From positions 22,158,560 through 22,222,559 of the forward strand of contig NC_134027.1 of NCBI RefSeq assembly GCF_964204645.1: DNA of 64,000 nt, read 5' to 3'. Below the pieces are notes generated by a model. That model saw only the letters and a list, made by a program, of their open reading frames with translations. It was not told where the DNA came from and did no database searches. Below are positions 52,526 to 64,000 of this stretch, in pieces; position 1 is the stretch's first letter; the number at the start of each line of letters is the position of its first letter. The position numbers and the translations under genes were made by a program. The stretch comes from Tubulanus polymorphus (lineage: Eukaryota; Animalia; Nemertea).

Positions 52526-53145
52526 GGGCTTGTCACAATTTGATGGAGGATGGATGATACCAGTATCCCTATATAAAAAAGAAGGAATACTATTACTAAT
52601 CGAAGTGGATCCGCACCTCTCGTGATTGACGCAATCTGTTGAATGACAGAATCCAGGCTAAAATCTCTATACTCTCTCTAGTGAAGATATCTGAAAATTA
52701 GCCATTGACAATATACTGAATTGCTGATGACATTTTGAATCTTAAACAATGATATTTAAGTAATTGATTGAACCGTTTACGCGGAGAGGTGCGGATCTGC
52801 ACTTTTACCGGTGAGGCTATATGTAGTTAAAACATTCGACCGATTGTCAGCGAGCTCGGTGGTCTAGTGGTACGATGCTGTGCTAGTAATTTACTGGCCC
52901 GGGTTCGAGTCTCGCTCTATCTGCTATTTTTCTCTAACTCTATTCTCCACACTTTCCTTGAATTTTCTAAGTCGTGCACCTCTGTACGCATGCGCGGCGT
53001 TAATCGGCCAATCAGCGACAGTTATTAGCGTACAGATCCTAGTCCCGTACGAATAGACTCCAGAGTAATCCGTACGGGTCCGTACGAGTAGCCACAGCGA
53101 TTACTAATTAGTATCATCCATCCTCCATCAAATTGTGACAAGCCC
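52526..53145. mobile_element. Non-autonomous TIR element carrying an internal tRNA-like Pol III promoter
   Basis: Perfect ~35-bp TIR GGGCTTGTCACAATTTGATGGAGGATGGATGATAC; inner inverted repeat at 52605-52622/52784-52802; box A TGGTCTAGTGG (52860) and box B GGTTCGAGTC (52902). Confidence 0.75.
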
Positions 53146-53990
53146 CTATTTAATTAATTCCGGGTTCGGATTCTCGAGTATCGGCAGTGCCGTGCGTTTA
53201 GAACTACGTCTCAACGCGCTGCGAGGGCGCTTGCGACATAAAAACAAACTTTAAATGCGAGTTAGGTCGGGCTGTCGACTACAGTCTCCTACGGCAGTTC
53301 CCCAGTGTGTCGACTACAGTCGCCTACGGCAAGTTAAGGGTTAATATTGGTTAAGTAAACTGGTGGCTGGATGGCATTGTAAAAATCAAAAGTCATTGAT
53401 GCCGTGGTATTTGTCCACCAGTTAACTGGACGAGTCAATTCAATTCAATAAAGTGTTCTCCCAAGATAGGGCTATTTGCAAGGTTTGGTTGGGAATTCTT
53501 CCTAGCTCAGTATCTTGTCTCTGATGAAAAGAGTTGGCTTGTCGAAAATCTATCGCTGGCCACTTGATCCATATATTTATTATATAGCAGGGTCCCTACG
53601 ACTCCTTGATTCCTTGAAAACTCCTTCCAAACGAAAAATATTTTTTAAGCTCCTTGAGAATCCTTGAATTTGAGCAATATGCTCATAAGTCCTTGAAAAC
53701 TCCTTGAATTATGAGAAATTGGCAACCAGAAAATTTTTCGGCTTTAGGCCTACCTGGTACTTATTATACATACAGATTCCCTCCGAAATAATTGGTTTAC
53801 TAAGATAAGCAGTACCAATTGAGGAGGAGTCGACAGTAATTGAGATGTGAAAGTGATGCAGACACTCCTTGAAATTTTCTCTTTGAAAAGTCAGAAATTA
53901 TTAAAGATTATTATTACAAAATTATTAGATTATTTTTGTCATTTAATAATTGGAATTTATACGTTTTTAGAAATTTTTTAATATTTACAG

Positions 53991-56900
53991 TAAGCGATGT
54001 TTTGCCGATGCCTGATTTATCGAAAGAAGATTATCAGAAATATCCGGGATTCGTGAATCTGTTGAATTCGATCACTCACCATATCTCGGAGACCGGCATT
54101 TCTTACGACACCGTTGATGAAATTGCACAGGTATCTACGTACGCAGAGCTGACTACTATTTGAGAATAGTTTCTACTCTTTTAAGATCCCAACAACTATA
54201 AGAATTTCAAAATACCCAAACCTAAAGGTCCCTTTAGAATCTTTATGAAGATACTCGTAGTTGAAAAATGCTTTTTCTGGCGGATTTTTTTTGCAGGCAA
54301 GAGAATCGTTGACGTTTCAAAAGCTGAAATGGATCAATGGTAATATTTTGTTGAATACAATTCACGAAATCGTCGAAGACCAAGAAATAGAAGACACATC
54401 TCAGCGACAGCAGTCTTCTAAGGTTGAGTAGTTGAATGAATATCTTTGATCTCAGCAGTTTCTTAAAATGAAAGGTTTTCAACGGATTATGGTCAACAGA
54501 AAGTATTTGAAAAATGTTGAATGCGAAATGGACTTTTGGGTTCTATAGGCCTACTTGGGGGATTTGTTCTATTCTTAGCTCTTTAGTGTCGATCACATGA
54601 GTTTTTTTATTGAGCTGGACACACCATCTCAGTAGAAAAATGAATTTAAAGTATATTTGTTGGGTCATATGATAACGTATGGATTTGGGAGCCTAAAAAT
54701 TCAGTTTGAAGTTCAGTTGAAAATGGACTGATTTTGACAACGAAAGACTGAGTATTCGACATGCCATCTGGCGGGGAAACCTGGCGTTGCACCTCCCCAT
54801 TCTGTTAATTAACATAATTAGCATGTCTCAGCTATGACATTTATATCGATCCAGATTTGGATATTACGAAACCTGTGTGATACGTAAATTTCACTTTTTC
54901 CCACAATATTCGTATTAACTAGATCCACTGTATTTTGATAGTTTTCAGTAGCGGTGAAAGCGATGTTGAACAGCGCTGAATGTAGCGATTATCTAACGTG
55001 TCATCCAGATCCAACTTCCAACCTCACATTATTCAATCTCGATAAAGTCGATCTGCAACGTCTCAATAAGCAAGTAAGAGCAATCCTCTTGAATTCTTAT
55101 TCATTTGAATAGAAGGATGATTTAACCTCTGTGATATGTCAGTAACCTCTGTGTGTATGTCTGTAGAATATGATACAGGGTCCATACAACTCCTTGATTC
55201 CTTGACGACTCTTTCTAAACAGAAAAAGCTTTTATAAGTGATTTGATTTGAGCAAAATGCCCGAAAACTCCTTTAAAAACACAGTTTTGAGAAGTAGGCA
55301 ATTAGAGATGTTTCTAGTTATAAAGTAAATTACGCCTTAATAGATACAGTTGGGACCAGGATTCTTTTTACCCAATTGGGTGGTTGCCGAAATGGAAACC
55401 GAGGTTAGTTTGTGTATAGGATAGAAATTTGCTTACAAAGCCACCAAATTATTGGTTTACCAAGATAAACGGTACCGATTTAGGAGTAACCTATAGTAAT
55501 CGGGTATGAAAGTGTGAATGTGGATACCTTCTTATTAAAAACTCCTTATATCCAGGAATGACTGATCTCCAGGAAGCCTCTTATAGTAACGTTCATATTT
55601 TCCATTAAACTGGATTGTTGGTCCCAAATAATCCGGGTTTGAACTTTATGTAAATCAGTGATTTTATGTCAAAACATACAGTCCTAAATGCTGATTCCCT
55701 TTGATGTTTATACATGTATTTCTCAATTGAGGAATTCTGTTGCTTTACTGCATAATCGATATCGTACGTTTTAATATGATTTGTAGGAATATGAGTCGGT
55801 GAAAAGTGAGCTGATGAGTGAAATTCGCAAACGTTTGGAACTGAAAGTTCGTCGTTTGATACAATTTCATCTGCCGCAGCAAACTGAAGGCATTTGTTCG
55901 GCGGAAGGTTTCAGTCGTTCGATTATTAACGACGTTAGTCAATTGCAACAACAAAAAGATTTAGTGAAAGGAGAAATTAAACTTCGGCATAATTTATTGG
56001 AAGTTTATCACAAGGTACGTTGGCGGTGGTGGGTGCATTCATTAACCCTTTCAGTGCTCACTAATTGATACCCTATAGTGCTGGAGATAATTTGAAAATT
56101 CTAAAAAATTCCACCCTAGTGTGTTGAATAACGGGAATACCACTATAGTGCGTCTACACTGCGGTGCGGTGTATCGTTAGTTACTAGTATTTCACTATGT
56201 TTGACACGTGCTGCCATTTTTCAAGAGAGATAATTACTAATTACATCAATACACCGCAGTGCGGTGTACTAGCAAAATCTTTCACTGATATAGACACCGC
56301 ACTGCAGTGTAGACGCACTGAAAGGGTTAAGGAATATGTGTACTGGCAGGCTGTAGCTGGGGACGAGTTAACCTATGCTAACCTTGCTTACCACTAATTT
56401 CCTACTGACTCAGAAATAGTTTACCGAATCGCCTTGTTCATGCCTGTATATATATACGGGTATTCGAACTTCGCCTAATGAAAAACCTCCGAAAGCGTGA
56501 AGCGTAATATTCCTAGAATTCCTGGAAGTATGCGGTTTCACTATTGTATCAACATAAGTAAACTAGAACAAATTCAATTAATCTAGGCCTATATTTTTAA
56601 TGGAGTAACATGACGATCTAATCATGGACTCTAAAACGAGACTCTGTGATCTTACTCGGCGGTTACCGTACGAGTATTCGAGAATTTTTGCACGCAGTGA
56701 GCTTGTGCAACAACAGCTAATTAGTTGAAAACAATTTTCGTGGCCCCAATAAACACCGAAGTTGCGTTGAATCAAAAACTGGACATTGCTTGGCTGGAAA
56801 CACCCATCAGAACTTTTGAACAGTTCAGAAGTTCTCGGAGGACGTGTTGCATGAAGACGTTTCGGGTGTATACGTATATGAAATATTGGACAGATTTTCA

Positions 56901-59900
56901 ACGTGAACCCGCATCTTAGAACCATTGCGATGCAGAATATGGTGAATTGAAATCCATTACTGTGGAACCTTGTTATAACTACCTTGGAATGTAATGATTT
57001 CTCAGTTGATAAAAACTACATTTCGTCCTAGATTTTTTGATTTTGATTATTTCATACCGGATATAACGAGCTATTGGTTGAAAACTATCGTGCACATTTC
57101 GATATTGAATTGTAGATATGTATCTTTATAATGACTTGTATTGAGGTGACATAACGAACATATTTCTCGATCCCTGATGTTTGTTGTAGCGAGGTTCCAC
57201 TGTATTTTCAATTATCACCGAGCGGGATAACAAAAATAATTGGTCCCAATTGATTCGAGTTAGTAGGAGTTAACTGTATATATATATATATATCGTAATT
57301 GTTTTTAGGTTGTGATGAAATCTATTCGTAATGTCGAAGAATTAATCAGCACGTATAAATTGAAATTTCAACTCAACTCCGACAAAACCAACTGTGATTG
57401 GCTGTTAGCTAAAGGTGAAGGTCTAATGCTTAAATTGAAGTAAGTAAATTAGGCTACGCAGTGGATTTAACTTACGCTAACTGTTATGTATCGATACATT
57501 ATAGTTAGTGGGACTTTCATTACTGTTTTGAAAGTTAGTATGACTGTTAAGGCGGGTGAGATGTCTACCCCATCGAAGATGGAGGTCATTGGCCGTCGAA
57601 CGTAGCCTTCTTGAAATTATTGTTAGCGTGTTACGGCCTGAAATTCATTGATGGATACCCATGAAACTTGATGTTAGAGTAGAGATGGGTTCACTTTTCC
57701 AGACTTGAACCAACAACTCTGATTGAACAATTAAGCAAACACTGTTGTTCATGTAGTATGCAATATGTCTGTTACCTTTCGTTCAATTTCTTGCCTATTT
57801 ACTGTTTGCTATACGTATGTGGCATTGAAACATTCTGGTTTGAATTCAGTTTACCAGGGGCGGATTTAGACCCTGTCGACCGTGTCGCTCGACACGGTAG
57901 GACTTATAAAGTGTCTTTTTATTTTTTCTCTGTATCAAAATTTGCTGTTGTAACCACCTGAGATACACAATAGATATTTTTCCTAAATATATAACCTATG
58001 TTTCTTGACTATATGCCTCTCAGAGATGCTCAGAAAGCTCTAAAATGATAGGTAAATTTCAAAAATTTTGCTGATATACCTTTCCGCCCTAAATTAAGAA
58101 TATATGCCCTTTTCATTGGTCGACATAGTCACAACATGCCCCTGGATCCGCACCTGTTTACTAATTGTGAGTCGTCATTTGGGTAATTCAACATAATGAT
58201 TGTTCTATCTATGACCTAAGTGAATTTAACTGTACTCATAAGCTACGTCTACGCCTACGCTAGCACATTGAACCTGGGTTTCTATTAACGGTTTGACCAA
58301 AAACCTGAGTTCGCAGTGAATAGCGTCTACACTTAACTCACTGCTGCATTCAATGCGGAGTGTACTTTTCTTTCCAAAAGAAGGGTTTCTGAAACCGAGG
58401 TCTTATGGTCAACTCTGCGTTGTTTCTAGCGTAGTGTGGACTCATGACCCTGGTCTAAGAACAAGTGTAGATGGTAACCACTATAATTTTGAGTTACTGC
58501 AATTCCTTATTGTATCATTTTAGTTTTTCTGATGATGGGGTTTAGAAGTAACCCCGAAACTGTTAGAAAATAAACTTTTCTACATAATCTACCGTGGGTT
58601 TTTATTTGTTAACTCTACACTGAGATTAACATCAGTTCACTATAGTCGAGTGTAGACGAGGCTATAGCTATCATTTGGTCAGCGACCTTTTAAGAATTAT
58701 ACTGCATTTTGATTGATTGATGTCTGTTGTAGTTTCCTGGTTGATCAATTAAATGTGATGCACTTATCTTCTTTCATAGGAAGTTAGAATGCGAACGATT
58801 GTATTACACGTACTGTCAGAATGATTACGAACCGGCTAAAGTTCTCGGCAAAATCGAGTAAGTACTTTGCGCCAGTTTGGTTACCTTTGTTTTTATGAAA
58901 CTTTCCAGGGAAAAAACATTCTGTATTTGGAATCAGCGATCGTTCAATTTTCGTATATCTTATTTGAATACCCGGCATTTTATTTATGAATGAATAATGT
59001 AATGAGTTTTGTGTCATCGGATCTCTTATGATTTGGAAATCTTCAAAAGATCTAAGCTTCACCCAGTGAAAATAGAAATAAAGATCTAGCCTTCACAGAT
59101 TGTCAGGACAGATCCAGAGACAGATTTTCGACTGCCTTCTAAAAAGGAAATGGCAGTGAGCTGATACTACGTGATGATCCATGCTAGACAAGCGCCAATG
59201 GTGCAGAGTCGAAAATATTTCTAAAAATTGAAGATTGTTTGAGACGCAATCTTAGAGGATCCCAGCAGTTTTAAGAGACAAATTTAAGATTCTGAATTTC
59301 ATAATCTGTCTTTGATCATCAAACACAAATAAGGTGTTGAGAGTGAGGTGCCTTTTTTCTTGTAATTTCCGGCACACTCTGCCCTTTTGTGGCTTTTCTA
59401 GGTTACTCTTGTTTTTGATTGTGGATATTTATTTAACATGTTTTTTTCAGTGCTGGGCCATATCAGCTCATGGAATCATATCCTGCTTGGTTGGCCTTTC
59501 CGTTACCTCAGATATTTTACCCCTTTTGATATATCATTATCTGCTCTTACCGTCCCGGCATTACTATGCCTTTTATTGTGTCCTCGATATGATGCCCTTT
59601 CGAGAAGTCATTTCACATTTAAATCAAAATACTGGTTATAAGTCTGTCACAAGAGTGTTATTTGATAGCTGAAACGATGATTGTTGCATTTTTGCATTTT
59701 TCCAATGTTGCGACTTTGAGATCACGACGATCTTATTGAATTGACTACATTGGCGTCACTGAAGCGAAGTAAATTAAAAATTTTATGGTAAAATCGATCA
59801 AAATAAAATTTTTTATGTGTGTAGCAAACCGTTGGGAACCCGGGGCATGAAACCCCATCAGTATAGGTATGCCTTTAAGTGTGTCATGCAAATCAAACTC

Positions 59901-62392
59901 GATATCAATAGTTATGTCAATGAACTTCTACAGCGAATTTTCATACAGAAATATTCGCGAATTTCTCGTCCCAGTAGAATATATATGTAGAAATTGATCA
60001 CATAGTTGCACGATTGAAATTGAGTGGTAATGTCAAATAGAAATGCTCTCTGTTCCAGTGAGATTGGCAAGAATACAGTAATAGTGGTTGGAATTGTAAA
60101 TATTGCAAATGCGAGTGAAACTGTTACGAGCATTATTGTTGTACGTTTTGATTTTGTTGTTTTTTGATCGGACGAAACCATTTTTGAACCTCTGAACAAC
60201 TGAACTATTATAACAGAATTTGACGTAACGATCAAAGTTAAAGGTAGAATGTAAAGATAGAAAACGGTAATCAGGAAATATTTTCTCTGGGCGAATAATC
60301 GAAAACATCCAGAAGACTGTTCGGAAAAATGCACCGACAAAGTAGGTATAAGGTATATGATCAACAGATTCATCGCAGTAATTATCAACGTAACGAATCT
60401 AGCGAATCTCGGTGTACACATCGAACGAGAGGTGAACGGGAAGAGCACAACTGCCGCGCGTTCTAGAGTTATCGCTACGATTAACCACGAACTATTACGG
60501 ACTGCTAGCGTTGTGATAAATTCGTAGATTTTACAGCCGATCAGCGAATTTAAGATGAATATAGCACCGCTTTTCGCTCGCCAGAGAACGAACTGTAAAA
60601 CAGGCATCAAAGATAAGTTGATGCAATAGACAAAATCACTGATAGACAAAACGGTCAGATAGTTAGCGTAAGATAAACTGCGGAATCTACGACTTATCAT
60701 TATAAGGAACGTAGCTAAATTTCCGAAAGCCCCAAACAGGAACGAAACAGACAGAATTGTCAATAACACAATACGGGAGCTACCGGATTTGTTCACCACG
60801 GACATTAGAACGATGTTACTGCTATAAGTTCGACCAAATTGCAAGTGACTAGAATTCGTGATCATTGCTTTCCGAAGGCTCCTTACGGAATAAAACCGGC
60901 CGAATTACCGATGACGCAGTACGAGCCAGCCTTGTTTGCCGCAGATGTTAGAACGATGATACTGTGCTACATGTGTAGGTTCGACCAATTCCCAAATGAC
61001 TAGAAATCATCACGTATAATCTAGTTTATACGTCCATGGTCTGACCGTGATCTCGCAGGCTGTGGCCACGTAACCTGCAGCGCAAAGCAACCACGACCAC
61101 AGAATAATTCCAGCTCGAATACGGCATTAGAGAAATAATTGAAGTTTGTCGATTGTTTACATTGGTTCATTACGACGCCAATTCTAAGAAGAATTGAAGC
61201 TCAATGTGGCTGGTGTCTTCGTACATTCAACATTTACCTTAACGCAATTTAACGTGTTAAATTTCGCCTGTAGAAATACTACACATTTTCAATCTGAACA
61301 ATTCGCAATATAAAAGTTCACAAATCACATTCCGTTTAGTTTGTTACGTTGAGTTATCGACAAACAAAAAAAACTTTTACAGACTGGAGATCACCGTCAT
61401 AATTCAACTTCCAACAAATGAAAGCATTAGTTTTATCAGACAGCATGTTATGGTATTCTCTCTAACTTTCCAAATATGTGAGGATTAAGTCTCTCCACAT
61501 AAGCGCAGTGATGGTTTCTAGTCATTTGGGAATTGGTCAGACTGATTTTAAGATGAAACATCGGTTAGAACGTCCAAGTTCTTGGGGTACATCTGTCAAT
61601 TCCGTAATTGAGATGAAATGCGTGAATTGTAGCTTCATACATTTTCATATAGAAATATGACGGGCACCAAGTGCATGTCATACCCATCGTGACAATTGAT
61701 GATCGGGGGTCTATACAGCGTACTGTTTGGCCAAACATAAGATGATATTGTACCGATTATGTAGTACTGTTCGCCCGCTTTGTCTTGAGTATATTCCTTC
61801 AAGACAACGATTTTTTAGTAGCTGAGCGGGGGCCACGACCCCTGAACCCCCCCCTTTGGATCGGCCCCTGAGCTGCGTCGCTGAAAATGCCTCACCGTCC
61901 GCGAGGGTGTTTTTTATGCTATTGAAAAACTATTGCTGTCCCGGAAACAATCTCCCAGTCCCGGTAAAAATTGTTTTAATTCTTCAATTTTCCTTATTAC
62001 GTCCTTGAAAATGGTGTTTTGTCCACGATACAGTAATTGATAAGTTAGGCATGTCTGAACCCAACCGTAGCTAACATTTGGTTTGAAACTAAACCATTTG
62101 CCATTGAGGTAACGGTTTAAAAAGCGTGTTCGACTGTATCACGAACTGCGGGACTGTTTCAATTTACAACAGAATTCATCGCTTGTGTTCGTACTTGTTT
62201 TTCAGAAGAGAATTGGATCAACGAATTGAGAAGAAACTTTCCGATTTGGACGATATGACGAAAGTAATCGAAGCGTATCAGTCAGTAGGAATGGGATTCG
62301 ATGAATTAGTGAATGAATATTCGAAATTGAAACAACATTACGACATGCAAAAACTGGCATTAACCGATTTAGCTTTAAATATGGCATCGTAA
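53991..62392 (+). CDS. HAUS4: HAUS augmin-like complex subunit 4 (7 exons identified; first exon/start codon unresolved, possible ATG at 54008)
   Basis: join(53991..54130,54297..54422,54942..55073,55787..56014,57309..57439,58780..58857,62206..62392), GT-AG and phase-consistent. Peptides LSKEDYQKYPGFVNLLNSITHHISETGIS, YKLKFQLNSDKTNCDWLLAKGEGLMLKL and YQSVGMGFDELVNEYSKLKQ match the HAUS4 pattern as I recall it; AATAAA at 62488. Confidence 0.85.
56042..56330 (+). mobile_element. piggyBac-type MITE (TTAA target site)
   Basis: TTAA-CCCTTTCAGTGC...GCACTGAAAGGG-TTAA; the best-preserved copy in the window. Confidence 0.85.
57855..58155. mobile_element. hAT-like MITE
   Basis: CAGGGGCGGATTTAG...CTGGATCCGCACCTG ends, tttac on both flanks. 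Confidence 0.6.
58524..58607 (+). mobile_element. Penelope-like tail with an intact minimal hammerhead core, nested in a probable MITE (about 58241-58663)
   Basis: ttttt-CTGATGA-t-ggggtt(tagaagt)aacccc-GAAAC-t-GTT-agaaaa, then aataaa and a tail ending gtgggtttttatt. Confidence 0.55.
59912..60865 (-). CDS. Intronless class A GPCR (peptide/orphan receptor-like), 317 aa, nested antisense in the last HAUS4 intron
   Basis: Seven hydrophobic segments; GAFGN, LSISD, CKIYEF, ITLERAAVVLFP, FAIFTIP, NYVINFYIY; N-terminal sequons NSS and NKS. Confidence 0.9.
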   Translation of the reverse strand: MITNSSHLQFGRTYSSNIVLMSVVNKSGSSRIVLLTILSVSFLFGAFGNLATFLIMISRRFRSLSYANYLTVLSISDFVYCINLSLMPVLQFVLWRAKSGAIFILNSLIGCKIYEFITTLAVRNSSWLIVAITLERAAVVLFPFTSRSMCTPRFARFVTLIITAMNLLIIYLIPTLSVHFSEQSSGCFRLFAQRKYFLITVFYLYILPLTLIVTSNSVIIVQLFRGSKMVSSDQKTTKSKRTTIMLVTVSLAFAIFTIPTTITVFLPISLEQRAFLFDITTQFQSCNYVINFYIYILLGREIREYFCMKIRCRSSLT

Positions 62393-63439
62393 CTTTTGAG
62401 TATTGGTTTCCTATTCCTAGAGGTTCAGTAGATGTCAGAATTACCGGTGCGTATAAATGAATTGATATTTGTATCAAAAAGTTGTTCAATAAAATAATCC
62501 ATATTTTCATAGACTTAATGTATTGGTTCTTGGGCTTCCATGTGACCATTGTCTAGTTCCGTATGTGTTTGTATAGGATTAGGATTAGGATTTTATTTTC
62601 ACTACAACCATTTCTATGGTACATGGAATGAGACTTATATTAAGTGCCACACGTGAAAATTCATATATATCCTTTTGTTTTCATTTGATTCTACCACGAG
62701 AGAAATCTGTCGACAATTTGGTGTCGTAAAATACAAATTCTCGCATTGTCGCCTGAAATTTTTCTAAAACGAACCAAAAGCCGGCCATAAAGAAATCCGA
62801 ATGCGGCGTCGACGAGTCGAACCGTATCCTGAAGTTTGAATAAAGAAAATTTTTAACGTAGCGTAACGTGTCTTACATATATTCAGTTAATCTCGCTCGC
62901 AAAGAACATAATATTCGGAATATTTTTTTAACGGATAAAGAAATTAACCATGCAGCTTTTTTTTCTTTGAAATCTAGGCGTTATAATCACAACCAATTCC
63001 GCCTACACAGGTAGTACCGGCACCGGCAAAATGTTGCCGCATAGATTTTCGGACTTTTTTTCGCATTGTCAAGTACGAATGGGGAGAGAACATATTTTGG
63101 TTATTCTGCTCCATTATACTGTATTATTTTTGTTTTTTTGTTGTTTTGTTTTGTTGTTTTTTTTCTATTCTCCATGTCTCTTGTTTGTCCTGTCCACTTT
63201 ATTGAAAATGTCAATCCAATGATGTATATGTTGAACATTAAGGATCAATAAAGTTATTTTGAATTTGAATTCTACCAGTTTGAACGGATTAACGAATAGA
63301 CCGGTACCGCTTAAAGCAGAATCAATGTGTGACCCCCTGGCAATCGCTTTGCTGGGATGTCATTATATTTGACAGTTCCTTGTAGGTATAATAATGAAAA
63401 CGCATGCATCTTTTCTTCTGAACGTTTTATGTTCAGAGA

Positions 63440-63733
63440 TTAGTTATCCAGCAGCACCATACGGCGAAACTCATGCATGTATTTGTTTTTAGCGCGGCAC
63501 ACGTAATTCGAATCCCAGCCGGTCACATCAGCTGCAGTCGGGGAATTGATGATCAAACGAGCCAAAACCCGCGTGGAATGTCGAGATGTGACGATCTCTA
63601 CGTTACCCGTTGGCGCTATTTCGGAGGCTGCCCTTTCGAACGCGCTCAAATCGTGGATCCGACCTGTCTGACGCGTTCGATAGAAACGCACGTCCGGTAG
63701 CGGATAGCCGGTTGCATCGCAGTTCAACATAAC
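63440..63733 (-). CDS. Terminal exon of an immunoglobulin-domain (I-set-like) protein; gene continues beyond the window
   Basis: Acceptor tttttcag|GTT; VMLNCDATGYPLPDVRF...LIINSPTAAD...YVCRAKN, the two-Cys Ig pattern; stop at 63440. Confidence 0.75.
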   Translation of the reverse strand, partial: VMLNCDATGYPLPDVRFYRTRQTGRIHDLSAFERAASEIAPTGNVEIVTSRHSTRVLARLIINSPTAADVTGWDSNYVCRAKNKYMHEFRRMVLLDN

Positions 63734-64000
63734 CTGAAAAAGAAGTTGAACCATCTTTAGTTATCACATCTCTTAATACATTATATCTAAGATATGACAA
63801 AAAAAAAATAATCGGTATATCTAACCCGTTTTCTAAACAGGAAAACACTTTGGTGTGTTCGTAATGCAGGGGATCCGGGCACTAATTTTGAAGAACTTTG
63901 CACATTTCAAAGGGCCACTTTGATGTCCGAAAATGCAATATTGTATACAGGCACGCTAATTGCCCTAGTCCCCATGGATTTGCCCGTGAAATAGAAACTA

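Noticed and set aside
52851-52920. Apparent tRNA gene
   Set aside because: Box A and B are present, but acceptor and anticodon stems do not pair into a cloverleaf; it sits inside a TIR element.

Overview
AT-rich, intron-containing animal genomic DNA, most likely a marine invertebrate; the taxon cannot be fixed from this window. Hand-splicing the ORF fragments at GT-AG sites with consistent phases gives six genes: (1) an intronless class A GPCR (+, 1249-2310); (2) a 3-exon Golgi carbohydrate sulfotransferase (+, 6692-9194); (3) a complete MET/RON-family receptor tyrosine kinase with 19 coding exons (-, 44822-14089, about 1382 aa: Sema, PSI, IPT repeats, TM, kinase) and a readable CCAAT/TATA/Inr promoter at about 48.8 kb; (4) HAUS4/augmin subunit 4 (+, 53991-62392, first exon unresolved); (5) a second intronless GPCR nested antisense in the last HAUS4 intron; (6) the terminal Ig-domain exon of a gene running off the right edge. 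Non-coding DNA is dense with a decayed LINE, a tRNA-derived SINE, several MITE families and long foldbacks. Best leads: an in-frame exon encoding a signal-peptide-like segment hidden in the 11.8-kb MET intron, which would give a Sema-less receptor isoform; dispersed minimal hammerhead-ribozyme motifs in Penelope-like palindromic tails; two different ~500-bp foldbacks joined at a shared TA; and palindromes built from paired tRNA-like heads. All coordinates were read by hand, no database search was run, and novelty is therefore unverified.
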